64,000 bases of DNA, taken from positions 3,846,001-3,910,000 of the forward strand of contig NC_045697.1 in assembly GCF_009834535.1 (NCBI RefSeq), given 5' to 3'. Positions within the stretch are counted from its first letter, which is position 1. Every line of letters begins with the position of its first letter. A program made the position numbers and the translations under genes. The notes beneath the pieces were generated by a model. That model had not been told where the DNA came from, searched no databases, and was given only the letters and a program-made list of their open reading frames with translations. This document shows, one piece after another, positions 25,682 to 39,467 of this stretch. The stretch is from Camelus ferus. Its lineage: Eukaryota.

Positions 25682-25785
25682 TTTCCATGAACAGTGAATT
25701 ACTTTTAGATTTTGCTTTAAACAATTCCAACAATTTCCATGAACAGTGAATTACTTTCAGATTTTGCTTTAAACCATTCCAACAA
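25682..25785. repeat. 52-bp direct tandem duplication
   Basis: 25682-25733 and 25734-25785 differ at 2 positions. Confidence 0.95.
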
Positions 25786-27412
25786 TTCTACTCACTAAAG
25801 TAAAAGCAAATTGTGAACACCTGCCTGACACTGTAAACTTTCCTAGGGTCTTCCAATCTCCTGTTTCCACTGATCCAGGCTATATGCCAATTCCTAACTC
25901 AGGTAGCTTTTAGAGCCCACCTGAGTGTGCCCTCTCCCTCCACTGCAGCAAATCCAGGCCATGCCCTCGGAACCCAGCAGATCCCTGGTCTCATATGGAA
26001 AATGCCTAGCCCCCCAGAGCATGACACGAAGCAGCTGCCCGTGTGGATTGAAATAAACCAGTCTCTCACATGTGGTTCCAGAACAAGAGTCCACACTGTT
26101 CCAGTGGACAGAACCAAGCCATATTCTGCTAATGTTCCAGGGCCAATCAAGAACAGCAGGCATCAGGGATCAAGGATGACTAAGACCCAGGCCCTGCCCT
26201 TGAGGGACTCACAGTAAGAGCAAGAACAAAGCTAGACCAAACTGAGGCTGCAGGAACAGAGAGCAGCATGCCTGTAGGAGGCTGCCTCTGCCTTGGTGAT
26301 GAAAGGAAGGGTGCACAGAAGAGGCGTCAGCTGTGCCGGGCCTTAAAGATGTTCAGAAATTGGCCAAGGGGACACAGGGCAGAGGAGAGGGCATCTCAGG
26401 CAAAGGCAGGGAAGTGTGAACCTGCAATGCTGGGCTCAGAGTCAGTCCCACGAGCCAGAGCAAGGGTCCAGGAAAAGGAGAGGAGGAAACCAAAGGTATC
26501 TGCATTGTGTAGACAGCAGGACCTGGTAAGACAAATCTTTCCACACTTCAGTTTACTGTAACCTGAGACCTGAGCTGTGAGCAATTCAAACCGTCCAGCA
26601 GCCCTTGTTGAGAGTTTCCTCATTCATAAAACAAGAGGCTGGATTTTTCACTGCCAGTAAACTTGCATCAAGCTCAGGGGCTCCTGGAGGCTCGCTGTCA
26701 TCACCTCAGGAGAGGGCAGATCCAAGTGGACTAGGGGTCAGGACCATAGTTAGGAAGCAAGAAGCACTTCTGGGATTCTGTCTCAGGAAATCACCTGAAA
26801 TGCAGACACTGCACACTACATGAACACAGGTAATTTTATCACCCCAAAGCGGGAACAAAAACCATTTCCTTATTGTTGGATAAGTAAATGATTCACTGGA
26901 TGGAATGCCACAAAGACATTAATAAGTGTATGAATAATTAATTTTTAATTATGTAGGAAAAAGTTTTCCATAAGTAAAAAGTTTGCAGGATACCAAACAG
27001 CACACATTCTTATGTTTAAAATTCATAGAAAATCTGTAAGGCAATACAGCAAGAAAAGAAAACTAGTAGTAGGTATAAAAGTGAAAAGGACAAACATAGA
27101 ATGATGAACATAAAAAGCCAAAATTTTCCTACATATTTTTAAACAATGAGCAGCTTTATGAAAACATATGTAAAAACACTTATCATCAAAAAAAAAAACC
27201 TCTCAGAAAAACATGCCAGTTTTGCAGACACCACAGGTGCGGACGCCACGTGAGTCATCTGAAACCCACACCACTGGGTGACCTGCTGTGGGAGACCAAA
27301 CTTTTAGGAAGGGCCTTCTCCCAAATTCTAGAACAATAATATAACCGAAAAGGGAAATATTTAGATTTTAAAAGTGTACCAGATCTCTTTATTTAGATTT
27401 ATAGTCTATCCC

Positions 27413-27860
27413 TCATTCACTTAAGATTATTTATTGAGCATCTACCAAGTGCCTGCTTCGGCTAGGAAAACAGAATGAGTAAGACGTAGCTCCTGTCTTC
27501 CGGAAGCTCACTGTTGAGGGAGGCTGCAGAGGGTGTCAGGGCTGCCTCAAAAGAAGTTCAGGGACCATGAGATTCAAAGGAGGGGTCTGGAAGGGGTTAG
27601 GGTGATCAAAGAAGGCTTCTCAGAAGGGGTGTCACTTCAGCTGAATCCTAAAGGACAACAGAAGTTTGTCAGGCAGAGGAAGCAGAACGGGCAGAGATAA
27701 GACACGGTAGGTTCAGAGACTCTAACTAACGAGCTCAGTCTTTGTGGCTGTGGCACAGGATGGGAGCTGGAGGCGAGAGGTGGATAGGGCTGGATCCAGA
27801 ATGCTTCCTATGTCAGTTTTGGAGTTTATGTTGCAGGTGGTGAGAACTACCATTTAAGCA
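27413..27860 (-). mobile_element. L2 3' end fragment
   Basis: cattcac..tatttattgagcatctacc...aagaaggcttctcagaaggggtgtcacttcagctgaatcctaaagga. Confidence 0.65.
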
Positions 27861-28529
27861 AGAGAATGACAGAATATTCAACTGATCGACTCCAGGCACT
27901 TAGTTCTCATGAAGAAGGAAGAAAGGAGAAGTGGGAATCAAGAAAAATGGTCCCCAAAAAAGGCTGCCTGAGGCTCCTAGCTCTTCACCAAGCCCGGTTC
28001 CTCATTATCCTGGGCACTGGTCCCATTTCCCAACGTCCCTTACAGGTAGGTGTGGTCACAGGATGGAGTTCCAGCAGATAAACTGCAAGTGGAGTGATGG
28101 GTACGGTTTCAAGAGTGCCTAGCCCAGAACACCTCCCACGTCCAGCCTCTGCAGGCTTTTTCCCCTCTCTGGCTTGATGCAGAGGGGCCCAGAGTCCTCA
28201 CGATGAAATCGCCAGAGTCACAAGAAAGAACGAACTTGGGAGGGTGTGGGAAAAAACTTCCACTGTGTCTAAGCCATTATATGTATTTCAAGTTTGTTAC
28301 ATATTCATGTGTTCTCCCCACAAACTTTGACCATCACTCAATTTCTCCTGCTTTAAAAACAACTGCTGTCAAAGGAACTTCTAAAAGGAATGAAGCATGT
28401 TCATTTCAGGGTAATGTCTTAGAGTAACTGAACAGGTGCCAGGCCAAGGGTTGAGCCAGGAAATAATTTTTCCTCATCTAACTGGCCTCTCACCCTTTTC
28501 TTCCTCCTCATACCAGGCTCCCTTCCACC

Positions 28530-28786
28530 TGTGGACAAAAAAACGTTGGCTGCCATTTCAGTAAACAAGGAATGCTGCAGCCATCAAGCCCAACAGTGCA
28601 CCCTGAGAAGACTCAGGACAGAGAAAAACAGGAGACTGGCCCTAGGTAGTCAAGATACGTATCAAAGGAATAATTTCAATCAGCCCAGACTCCTGCATCT
28701 TCCTATACATAGAAACGCACTAAAATCATTAACCTGAGTAAGATGTCTGTTTTTTGTGATTAGCAGTAATCTTTTGTGCTACATGG

Positions 28787-28832
<46 letters not shown>

Positions 28833-28995
28833 CCCCAGCAGAAAACTCCTATGTATCCTGGCTCCTCCCTAACCTCTTCGGAACAGCCCCTCAGAGCTAT
28901 CTGAGAGGCTGCCTTTCCGAGCTACAGTCCTCAGTAAGGCCACCAAATAAAACGTAATTCTCAACTTTTAGACTGCGCATTATTTTTGGTCGACA
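28530..28995 (+). mobile_element. Solo ERV LTR (copy 2)
   Basis: TG...CA termini (TGTGGACAAAAAAA ... TTTTTGGTCGACA), AATAAA at 28946-28951, co-linear with 11307-11765. Confidence 0.8.
28789..28828. repeat. (GT)20 microsatellite
   Basis: Perfect dinucleotide run inside LTR copy 2. Confidence 0.95.
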
Positions 28996-31139
28996 CCTCT
29001 GCAGGACATGAACTGGGAGGCAGAGTCCATCTTAACCCTTTCCTCTGTACACCCCTTTCCTGGTATGAAATGTGTTGAACACACAAATCTGAAACCTAAA
29101 GGAAACTGGGACTTAATTCCAAACTCTAATTTTCAAATCGATGCAGACAGCTACCACTCCCTGTAACCCTGTACAGAGCCTGGATTTGCCTCGGGCTGGA
29201 AGCAAAGGGGAATTAACAGGAAAACTAGACTGTTGTGGGGCCCAAAGTGGCAATTGGGCAAATCTGGATGACTCATCATTGTTCCACATACAGGGCCTTA
29301 CAGGAATCCCGAGACAAACCACAACTACTCACAACAAAGAATCAGCAGAACTGGAATTGAAACAACTCTCAGTTACAAACCCAACTCACTCAACATAAAC
29401 AGGAACTAGCTGATTTGATGTGGCAATCTAGTAAGATGTGCCTACGGAAAACACAAAAGGCATAAAAGAATTTAATGTTAGTTGTATCAAATATTCGGTG
29501 TCCTACAAACAAATACTTTCAGAATAGATACTATTCAAGGTAGAAAACAGAATAAGATAGTTTTAATTGTTGAATCATTCCACCAACATTTTTTAAGTAG
29601 AACAGATCTTATATCCACCTGGGGAAAGGGAAGTTAATTTATAAGCAGAAAGTAGCTGGTGGCTGAAGAACTGCTTTGCGGGAATGGGTTTGCCTGTGGG
29701 TTTCTCAGAACCCCACAAACTCTTACGCTCCCACAAGATGTCCTGCATTTCGTACTGAATCACCCCTCCCAGGCCAACCACAGCTTCAACTTCCATAAAG
29801 ATGCAGTGTGTGATCTCCAGATGGTGCCTGTACAGAACGTGCTTCATAAACTCAGGAAGCCAAATGAATCCTGCAAAGAACAAACACAGTCTCCTCTTCC
29901 CCACTTCCCAAAACCACCTTGCTTGTGGCTGTGAAATTTCTAAGGACTTTCACCTTCCAGAAGTCAGGGCAGACCCACCGCAGAGAAATCAGTGCAGCCC
30001 GTGCGGTTTATCAGGAACACCATCTGGCTACTAAGTGGGACAAATAAACAGATGTGCAGGCTGAAGATGCTCTTTCTTGGCTCACTCCAGGCCCCTCCTG
30101 AATGTTACTAATTCCATCACTCCGCAGTGAAAAGTCCCTGCCCTCCCCACATGAGGCAAACACGAATTTCAACGTCAGCACCCAACAATAAGTGGCTGAA
30201 TTTAAAAGGTTTCTTTCCTCAGATACAGACAAGTTTCCCAACCCACAAATGGGAAGGCAACAGATCATCAAACCCAGCTGGGATTTCCCAGAATACCTTC
30301 CTGCTCCCTTAAGACCCACACTTAGCAGCGCTGGCTAGACCGTGGAAAAACTAACTGGCGGCCTGCTTTCAGTCAAGTCAAAAGGCCAAAGAAATCCACC
30401 GGCGTCCACCCTTCAGGACGGATGGAGTCCTTTGTTTCTCTGTTTTCCCTTTTCTGCTGCTCATCTCCTGGGCAAGTTGGCACTTACTAGCATTCATTCA
30501 TTCATTCATTCAAGCAAGAAGCAGAAAAAAGATCCCTGATAAGTTCTAGAGAGAGCGCAGTGCCAACCACTGTGCCAAGCACTTTATTACACGTGTTGCC
30601 TCGTTAATTGTCACTTCAGAGATAAGGAAACTAAGGTTCAGGAAAATAAAGCAACTTACCCGCCACCCAGCTAGAAGGGCAGAACGGGCACTGGCATCTT
30701 TGGCTCTACAACTGCACTCTCTGAATCCCCTCTGAGCCTGCTGGAGGCACAACAGACACCTCCAGAACACATGTCAGAGGGGCAGCTCCTCCCTCTCCAC
30801 TCTTCAGTGTCTCAGTGAGTGTGCCCGGAGCTGCGGGCAGCGTCAGATCGGGCAGCGTCAGATGGGGCAGCGCGGGAGTGCCACGACACCTGCAAAGCCC
30901 CAGTCCAGAGGAGGAAGCGGCTCGGCCCTCCGCACCCCGCCCGCCTTACTAGCAGGCCACCCGGCCTGTTTCCTCCCTCTCCCCAAGGGGTCCCGCAGGC
31001 TCTTTCTGCAGGCTCCCCCTGGCTTCATTCACCTCATTACTGATTCGATTATTTCACAACCACCATGTGCTGCTTTCAGACATGAGAATAAAGGCTAAAA
31101 TTAAAGTTACAGACTGTCATCTGGACCATCTCTACCAGC

Positions 31140-31265
31140 CCTGGGCTGGACAACAGAACGTTCCACCATGATGGGAATGGATAAATCCAAGCTGTCCCAT
31201 GTGGCAGGCACTGGCCACGAGTGGCTACTGAGCTCTGGAATATGGCTAGTGTGGCTGAGGAACTG
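31140..31265. mobile_element. MER3-like hAT-Charlie fragment
   Basis: cactggccacgagtggctactgagctctggaatatggctagtgtggctgaggaactg. Confidence 0.6.
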
Positions 31266-31369
31266 CCGTGGGACCAGAGATGTGGAGCCCACTGGTCTGT
31301 TTCTCGAGAAGATGGGTATAGGTCAGTGGAGGTCACAAGACACAGACATTTGAAAAACAAGGCAAGTCC

Positions 31370-31590
31370 TCACCAGCCTCAGAACCTTTGTATTTAACAT
31401 TGTCCTTCTGCCAGAACATTCTTCTTCCTCATCTTGCTCGGATCTCTGCTCAAATGTCACCTGCTCAGTGAGGCCCTTCCCAACCATTCTATTTAAAATG
31501 GAACCCCCCACCCCAATCCTCTGCCAGCCCTCATCCCTCTCCCAGCACCCTGCTTCTGATTTCTCCCCAGCACTTAGAGCCTGACATGGA
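31370..31590 (+). mobile_element. L2 fragment
   Basis: tctctgctcaaatgtcacctgctcagtgaggcccttccc...ccccagcactta. Confidence 0.6.
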
Positions 31591-33119
31591 CCATCTCCTG
31601 GAGTCGTGTGGCAGCAGTGGACTATAAGCGCCACACGGTAGTTTATTTGGAAGAAAGGGAGCAGAGGGTCCCAGGTAGCTATTCACTGAGGAAATGAGTG
31701 GCATCTGAATTCAACTATTTGACAAGCACCTACTGAGTTCTAACTAGGTGCCAGCATGCAATGAGACACAGTCCCTCAAGGGGCACCAAGGCTGGGGGCG
31801 CCCATGGGATGACACTGCACAGTGGCAGCTGCCATGGCAACCACAAGAGCTAGGAGCCGTGGAACGACAGCAAAGGGAGCCCCCACTCCTGAGATTCTTC
31901 TCCTTTAAATCGCACGCAGTAGGGAGGGGCAGAAACGGAACCTCCTCCAGGAGGGGTCACCAGGCCTGTGGGAGGAAAGCAGGCGCTGAAAGCAGATGAG
32001 ACAATGATTCCAGATCGCATTACGACCACCTGGCCCAACTCTCTGTTTGACATATGGAAACACAGCACCTGTAAGGTGCAGGGAGTGAGTGGCAGAGCCA
32101 GGGCAATTTCCTGCTGCTGAGGAAGACGTCACCATCTGATGCCTGGGGGCCTTCGGTTAGGTTTCTGCAGCCCCTTCCCACACACGGCTCCCGCTGAGCA
32201 CATACCCGCCCAGGAAATGAGAGCCACTGGTAAGTCACTGCACACCTGGGCCTTTACTTGTGCAGACCCCACGCTGCCCTCAGGTGGGCTCCAGCCCCGA
32301 CAGACATTCTGGGAACTGCAGCTGCAGTGAGGGCACTCTCAGACCTCGAACAAGCAGGAGATGGGGCCCACCAGAAGAAGGGTAGCCGAACCCCCAGCAC
32401 TGGGCAGCTACAATGACACACACGAGCTCTGGGAGCCACCCCTCTGTGTGAACAAGGGCTCCTGGGGCACAAAGAAGGCCCCCAAGGCTGCTCCCACGTG
32501 GAGGCTGCACCAGCCCCCAGACAGTGGTTAAGCATCTGCAGGAACGAGTCAGGGTGCACAACGCGACTGCCCAGAGTAGAGCTTTACCATCAGACAGGCT
32601 GGGCTTGGGGTGGAGGGGGGCCGACCCCCTCCAAGCCCCACTGACAACTAGCCATGGGACCATAAGCCTACCTGTCTGCACAATGAGGACACCTCCACCA
32701 AATGCAAGCCTTCTGTCTTTCCAACTGGCTCCTCTGGTTTCCCAATCAACCGGGGTCTCTGCTGATCCTCCTGTTTCACTGTCCCACACCCTCCGGATAT
32801 CCCCTACCCCTCCCTCAGCTTGAAGGCCAGGTCACACTCTTACACGTACTCTCAACCACCCTGCCTGCCTCTCATTTCACTGGACTCACTCAGCAAAACT
32901 ACAGCTCCGCAGGGAACACACTGCAGAAGAGGCAGAGGCAGAGGCAGAGGCACTGCCTGCCGCTCCCCAGCCCTTTCCCCTCCCACCGCCTCCATGGCAT
33001 CCACACCTTTCATCTCTTTCTTGTGCCTAAAACCCCAGCGCTCCATCCCCACTGTCACCAGCAGCTGAGGACCTTGCTTCCTAATTCACCAAGAAAATGA
33101 AGCAACAGAAAGAGACTCT

Positions 33120-33945
33120 CCATGGACAACACCAAATGCTGGTGAGGACGTGGAGCAGGAGAACTCTCACTCGCTGCTGGTGGGAATGCAGAATGGTATG
33201 GACACTCTGGAATGCAGTTTGGACGTTTCTTACAAAACTAAACATACTTTTATCACTCAGTCCAGCAATCAGGCTCCCTGGTATTTACCCAAAGGAGCTG
33301 AAAACTCATATCCACACAAAAAAACTGCACATACATGTTTATAGCAGCTTCATTCATAATTGCTAAGCTTGGAAGCAACCAAGATGTCCTTCAGTAGGCG
33401 ATGGATAAATAAACTGTGGTCCATCCGGACAGGGAACGTCACTCAGCACTAAAATGAGATGAGCCAGCAAGGCGTGGAGAGTCACAGAGGGACCGCAAAT
33501 ACATATTACTCAGCGACAGAAGCCAATCTGAAAAAGCTACAATACTGCATGATTCCAACTCTGTGACGTTCTGGAAAAGACAAACTATGGAGCCATTAGG
33601 AAGATCAGCAGGCACCAGGGGTTCGTGGAGAGGGAGGGACGAAGCGGCGGAGCACGGGGGATTTGAGGGCAGTGAAACTGCTCTGTGTGATACTATAATG
33701 GTGGACACATGTCATTATACATTTGTCCAAACCCACATACCCCGCAACACCAAGAGTGACCCCTCCTGTAAACCATGGACTTTGGTGACAATGACGTGTC
33801 AATCAGGTTTGTTGACTGTAACAAGGTACCACTCTGGTGGGGGATGTTGATGGCAGGGAGGCTGTGCATGCATGTGGGCAGGCGGTATAGGGATCTCTGC
33901 TTAATTTTACAGTGAACCTAAAACTGTTCTAAAAAATAAAGTCTG
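33120..33945 (+). mobile_element. L1MC1-like 3' end
   Basis: gacaacaccaaatgctggtgaggacgtggagca...gtgaacctaaaactgttctaaaaaataaagtct. Confidence 0.8.
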
Positions 33946-34299
33946 TCTTTTAAAAGGTAAATAAATATGTTGGTAAAAATCTATATTCACATGAATAAAA
34001 TGATGCAGCACTGAAAACAATACAGTAGTCCACATGCACTGACAGAGAGAGAGGACTTCCAGACGTCTACGGCCACACAGAGCCTCCAGCATCTGTGCCC
34101 ACACACCCGCTCTGCCTCCTGTCCATCTAAGGATCCCACCCAGCTGAAGCCAACTTCTCCACCTGAGCCCGAGGCCCCGCCCCCAAGGAGGCGGCTCGAG
34201 GACAATGCCCAGGTTTCTCCTCTCTCTGGCGTGTTCAACTTATGCTCTTTTACTAGGGTGTTCTTAACAGTAAACAAAAACAGTAACAAAAACAGAAAG

Positions 34300-35300
34300 A
34301 CTTCTCCAATCTTAAAAAGAGAAAGAAACCTCACACCACTTCTCCCTCCAGCTCTCACCCCTTTGCTCGCTCCCCTGTGCAGCTAATCCACCAAGAGAGC
34401 TGTCTGAGCTCCTGTTTCCAGCTTGTCTCCTCCTGCCCCCTTAAACCCACTCCAGTTATGCTTCCACCTGCACCGTGCCTGGCCAAGGTCCTTTCTCGAA
34501 AGTCACCTGTCAGTCCTCATCCTCCCTGACCCATCAGTACCCTCGGCCCAGCTGCTCACACCCCTCTCCCTGACACCTCGTCTTCACCGGGCTTCCTTCG
34601 GGGACACGGCACTCCGTTTCCCCCACCTCTCCAGCCCCACCTCCCGGTCTCTGTGACGTTCCTCCTCTCCTCAGACCTCTCAGCACTCACTCCTCGGCCC
34701 TCCTCTCTGTCCACCTCATCTGGTTTCAAACCACTTACGACACCAACAACTCCTAACTTCTATCTCCTGCTCAGACCCAAGTCCCCAGGTCCAGACCCCT
34801 CCATCATCACCCACAGCAGCTGCAGGCCCACAGAGGACCTGGTTCCATAACCTCACCTCTCCCGCTCCCCCTGGCTCACCCCGACCATCGCAAGGGCCTC
34901 TCCACCGTCCCTCAAATGCACTGGGCCTGCCTGTGCCCTTCCCCAGCCTGAGCCGCTCCTCTCCCAGGTATCTGCTTCATGAACTTCCTTACCCCCTTTG
35001 AGTCTTTGCTTAGCTCTCCCCTCCTCATTCACCTGATGGGCACTGCTCTGGTGGCTCCCCTGACCAGCCTTTTCCGTAACCTGCCTTCTCCAGCACCCCC
35101 GTCCCTCCTACTGCTTCAACTTTCTCATTTTTTTCTTAGCATTTACCGTTGCCAACATATAGGCTTCATTTATTTATTAACTGTGGTTATCATCTGCCTC
35201 CTTCCACTAGAATATAAGCTCTCTGAGGACAAGGGTCTTTGTTTTGTCCACAAATGAATCCCAAGCACCTGGAACAGTGCCTTGGCATGTGCTCCGTAAG
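34300..35300 (+). mobile_element. L2 (L2a-like) 3' portion
   Basis: C/T-rich L2 body ending ccactagaatataagctctctgaggacaagggtctttg...cacctggaacagtgccttggca. Confidence 0.7.
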
Positions 35301-37368
35301 CAGTTCCGGGAAGACCGCGTGATGAGAAACATAAATAAAGACCCAGCACAATGCCTGGTACACTGCAGGCCCTCAATAAATAATTATGGCTGTAATTCGC
35401 TGCCAAAAGAAAACAAAGCCTAGCAAAGCACAGGGAAGCAACACCCTTAACAAACCCAGCTGTTTTTTCTGAGCACAGCTGTGCCGCCGACCGAAGGGCT
35501 CTCCAGACAGTGCGCGCAGTGACCACCAACCTCCCCCATGAGTCCAGCACACAGGCAGCTGGCCCCCTGAGGCTCCATCAGCCATGTCTGCAGAGGGACA
35601 CTCTCTGCTGCATCCTCTCCAAACGTGAAGGACAACCTCAAAATGAAGCTCACCTGGGGTAAGAGAAACATGTCTAGTCAAGTCACCGACGACCTCTCAG
35701 GTGCCAAAACAATGGTTGGTGAGAGCTTAGCTGCATAAATCAGTGGTTGGAAAGGAAGTGCAGTCACTCTGTAATCAAGGGGGTTGAGCTGCTGAAAATC
35801 CATCTGGTATAAGAATTCACAACGGAGGACCTGAAAACCTTGGGGTTGGGGTTTCAAAGCAGGGTCAAAAGACCCAGGGTAATTACGTGCCTACGAAAAC
35901 AGTGAAATAAAACAGAAAGGCCATTCTCTGAATAATGGAGACACCTCCCAGATCTTCCATTAGTATTAACAGGAACTACCCTAACTAGGTGGCTTGGCTG
36001 CTAAAATCTTTTGTGCTTCTCTCATGCTCAAGACCTAGGCAGCACCTGTCCTTGACTCTGCTGCAGCCTTCCCTTGCCACCTCTACCCTGCCCTGGAGCC
36101 AGCAAGCCTCAGGACTCGGAGCTGCCCCAGCCCCACTCCCACACTCCAGAATGCTTGGATAACTCTACCTCCTGGGGAGGAAAAGGCATTCTCCACCTGC
36201 TTGCTCACAACGTCCTCTTGCCCCTGCGGAGCTCCCAAGCTCTGGAAACTGAAGACCCACAGCCCCGCCTCCCTGGGGTTGGAGTCTCTGCTCGACTTCC
36301 ACCCATCCTTCCCTGCCCACCCTTCTGCAGAGCAGCTGTGAGCTCTGGGAACGCTGACCTGGCAGAATCTCCACTGCACCTGCTTTCAGCTCCTCTCCTC
36401 CTGCTCTTCCTGCCCAGAGCTCCCCCTCTTGCTGGTCACAGAATACACGTGACAAGGGGCAGGGTGGTGTCTTTTGTAGAAATAGCATGGACTTTGGAGT
36501 TGGACAAGCGGAAGTTCAAATCACAGCTCTGCCACTTGGAGTGGATGCAGTTAGCCTCTCTGAGCCCACCTCCAGGGGAAACAGTTCCTACCTGAAGAGC
36601 TGTGACCCGCTCAAGAGCATGTGTGAAGTGCTTGGCCCAGACGTGCGCTCAGAACAGGGGAGCTATGCCCTCTCCCAAGGGGAGCAGCTCAGAGGCAGCT
36701 CAGGGCTCCCCCAACTAGCCAGGTTTAACCCTCTCCCATCAAGGAAGTTCACCAGCTCCCGGGCAAACCTTTATCTTACCCTGTCTGGCTCTTATATACT
36801 TCGAGTCTTGGGTCTAAACATGGTCCTAAAAGTCCCGCCCGGTCTGAGCGCCCACCCACCTCTCCATCACCTCTCTGACCTCTGCTTTCCATCCTGGCCA
36901 CCTCCTGCTGTGGCGCTTTCCCAGAAATGCTGAACTTTTCCCCAATCCCACGACTCTGCACATGCCAATCCCTCTGCCAAAGAGACACTGTCTCACTCTT
37001 GTGCACACGGAAGACACTATGAAAGGCCTGCTGGCGCCTCAGCCCCTGTACTTCCTGCTGGGCTCCCCAGGGGGCCTGCTGCTGTGCCCAAGCCTCTCCC
37101 TCTCCTAACCCTCACGGAACCTCCAAGTGCACAGGTGCACACAGCGGCCTCCAGCTGTGTCTGCCCGTCTTCACGTCTTCTTGCCCAGCACTTGGAGCTC
37201 AACACCTTGCTCAGATCTGTCCTTTCACCCTCACAACTCTGTAAGGTGGATACCCTCGGCTCATTTTGTAAACAAGAACACTAAACCCAAGACCACCTGC
37301 CAGCAAACAGGTAGGTCAAGAGAACACCGGCCAGTGCTCCTTCCAGATGTCACAGAGGTGCGTGTGCG

Positions 37369-37390
37369 TACACACACACACACACACACA
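37369..37390. repeat. (CA)n microsatellite, about 11 units
   Basis: Read directly. Confidence 0.85.
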
Positions 37391-39467
37391 CCCCAGCAGC
37401 TCAGATAAACGGCAGGTCAAAGTCATCAGGAATGCTGTCAAGTAGATTTTATAGAAAAGTCAGAGTTACACTGTTACACCTCAGTTCACTGATGCTAATT
37501 CTAAAATGGTCAAAGCAGTAGAAACTAGAGTCAGGCAAAAAATAAACAGATAAACTAGACATTAATACACCAGCCACGTGCTGGGTGCTTCACATCCATG
37601 TACATTTCCTCCTCATTTAATCTCAACAGCCCTTTGAAGTGCGAACTTATTTCTTTTTTCCAGGAAAGAAACCTAAGTTGAGAGACCCAAACCCTGTATC
37701 ATCTTTGTATTCCTTGCAAGCTACATAACCACCCCTTGCCTCAGTTTCCTCACCTATAAGAGAGAATTATTTACAGTACTTACCTGAATCCATCAGTTTT
37801 CAGTGCAGAATACAGAAACCACTTTAAGAATTTTAAGCAGAAAGGAATTTAACTCAAGGAATTAGATGACTTCAAAACTGCTGTAAGGGCTGAAGGAGTC
37901 GGCTCTAAACTGGGCCCCCAGGAATGGCTCCCAGAACCACACAGAACTGACGGACCAGAGGAGTTAACACATCTGAGCTGCCACTGGAACTAAGGACCCG
38001 GAGAATGAAAGCAGTAGGGTCAGGGAGCCACCGCGACAGCCCCCCCACACTGGACCGCCTCCACCACAGCTGCTTCTAAACATTCAGGGAATGAACCCAG
38101 GGACGATGCCGCAGGAAAGCCTCACATCTCCATGACATCACTAAACAGCAGGAAACAGTCAAAACGGGGGGACGGGGGGGGTTCCCCACCTCAGACCGCT
38201 CATAAAGGGGACCCAATTCCTGCCCAGAACCTGAGCTGCCAGCAACTCTGGGAAATGCCCATTTTAACCCTCCAGCTTCCACAGCACAGGAAAGTGCCCT
38301 AGAAGGATGAACAAGCCAGCCCGCAGAATCTAACACACCACACTCTCTCCTGTGGTTGCTGAAGATTACACAAGGTGACCACGTAAAAGTGCCGAGTGGC
38401 ACCGGCGAGCACCAGACATCGCCTGTCCCTCCCTGTGCCAGGGGCTCCGGCTGCCGCGCGTCTCTGAGATGCAGCTGCCCTGGTGGTAAGCCAACACACC
38501 TCCCTAAAAAGAAAGCAAGGGGCAAGTGCGTTCCCTAGCACTGCTCATGCCGCCTTCCAAATGATCAAATCCCCAAAGCCTAGATCGGTCTAGGAACTAA
38601 AATTCTGGTTGAGCACTTTGACACCAAGTCAAAGTGCCCATTTACAGATTTCTTTTTCTTAAGCCAGTGGTTTCAAGTTTTTTTTATATGGCAAACCCTT
38701 TTTAAAAAATGAACTCTTATGTGAAACCCCAACAAAAACAGACAGTAAGGCCACGAGTCTGGCCTGCTCACACTGGGCATGCACTCCGCCCAGAGCTTCA
38801 CGTTTAACCCGCACATCAACTATGAGAGTATAGTTAACCCCGTCACCCAGTATACACTCGGGAGCACAGAGGTTCAGGAAGTTTCCTGAGGTCACACAGG
38901 TCAAAAACAGCAGAGCTGAGGTTCAAACCTGAGTCTGGGTAGCTCTGGCTCTCAACCACCAACTCCTCGGTGTCTCTCTGTGAATTACAACTCAGTGCCA
39001 GGGCGAACCAGACACACGCTGTGCCCTCGGGGGGCTCTCAGCCAGGTCAGGAAGCAGATCGGAAAAACGCATCATTACAGGTCTTTAAACACAGCCTCCC
39101 ACGAGCTGTTCCCTCTGCCCTATGCCTTCACTTGGCAAGCTCCTTCTCACCCTGCAAGGGCAGTTCAAGCACTCTTCTCAGCAAAGGATACTCAGATCAG
39201 CTCTTCTGAGAACTTACTAGAGGGCCACGCAGAAGATCTATGTGGTCAAAGCTAATTACCACCTTCCAGACCAAAGCAGGTTAGAAGCCTTAAAGCCTGG
39301 GCTTCTGAAGCCCTGTCTCCTGCGGAAAACTGGCGTGTCACTGAATTCCTCTCATATCTGCTTTCTAGATGAAGACTGTTTCATTGCACTGGGCTCAGAG
39401 AATCCCTTAGAACAGTCCCTCTCTTCTATATGAGATGAGGATTCTGCTCAAAATATGTTACATTAGT

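Noticed and set aside
11307..28995. LTR pair as the two ends of one provirus
   Set aside because: The copies are 17 kb apart and visibly diverged, with no gag/pol/env remnants. The interior contains older L1, L2, MIR and MER5 elements, and copy 1 is itself nested in an L1.
29727..29796. ATG-initiated frame MEVEAVV..WE ending at GAGC|GTAAGA
   Set aside because: 70 nt, phase 1, so out of frame with exon 3. No other support.
37778..37786. Perfect donor CAG|GTAAGT on the minus strand
   Set aside because: Falls at the edge of a MIR-derived segment (MIR has agtacctacct here). I identified no supporting acceptor or reading frame.
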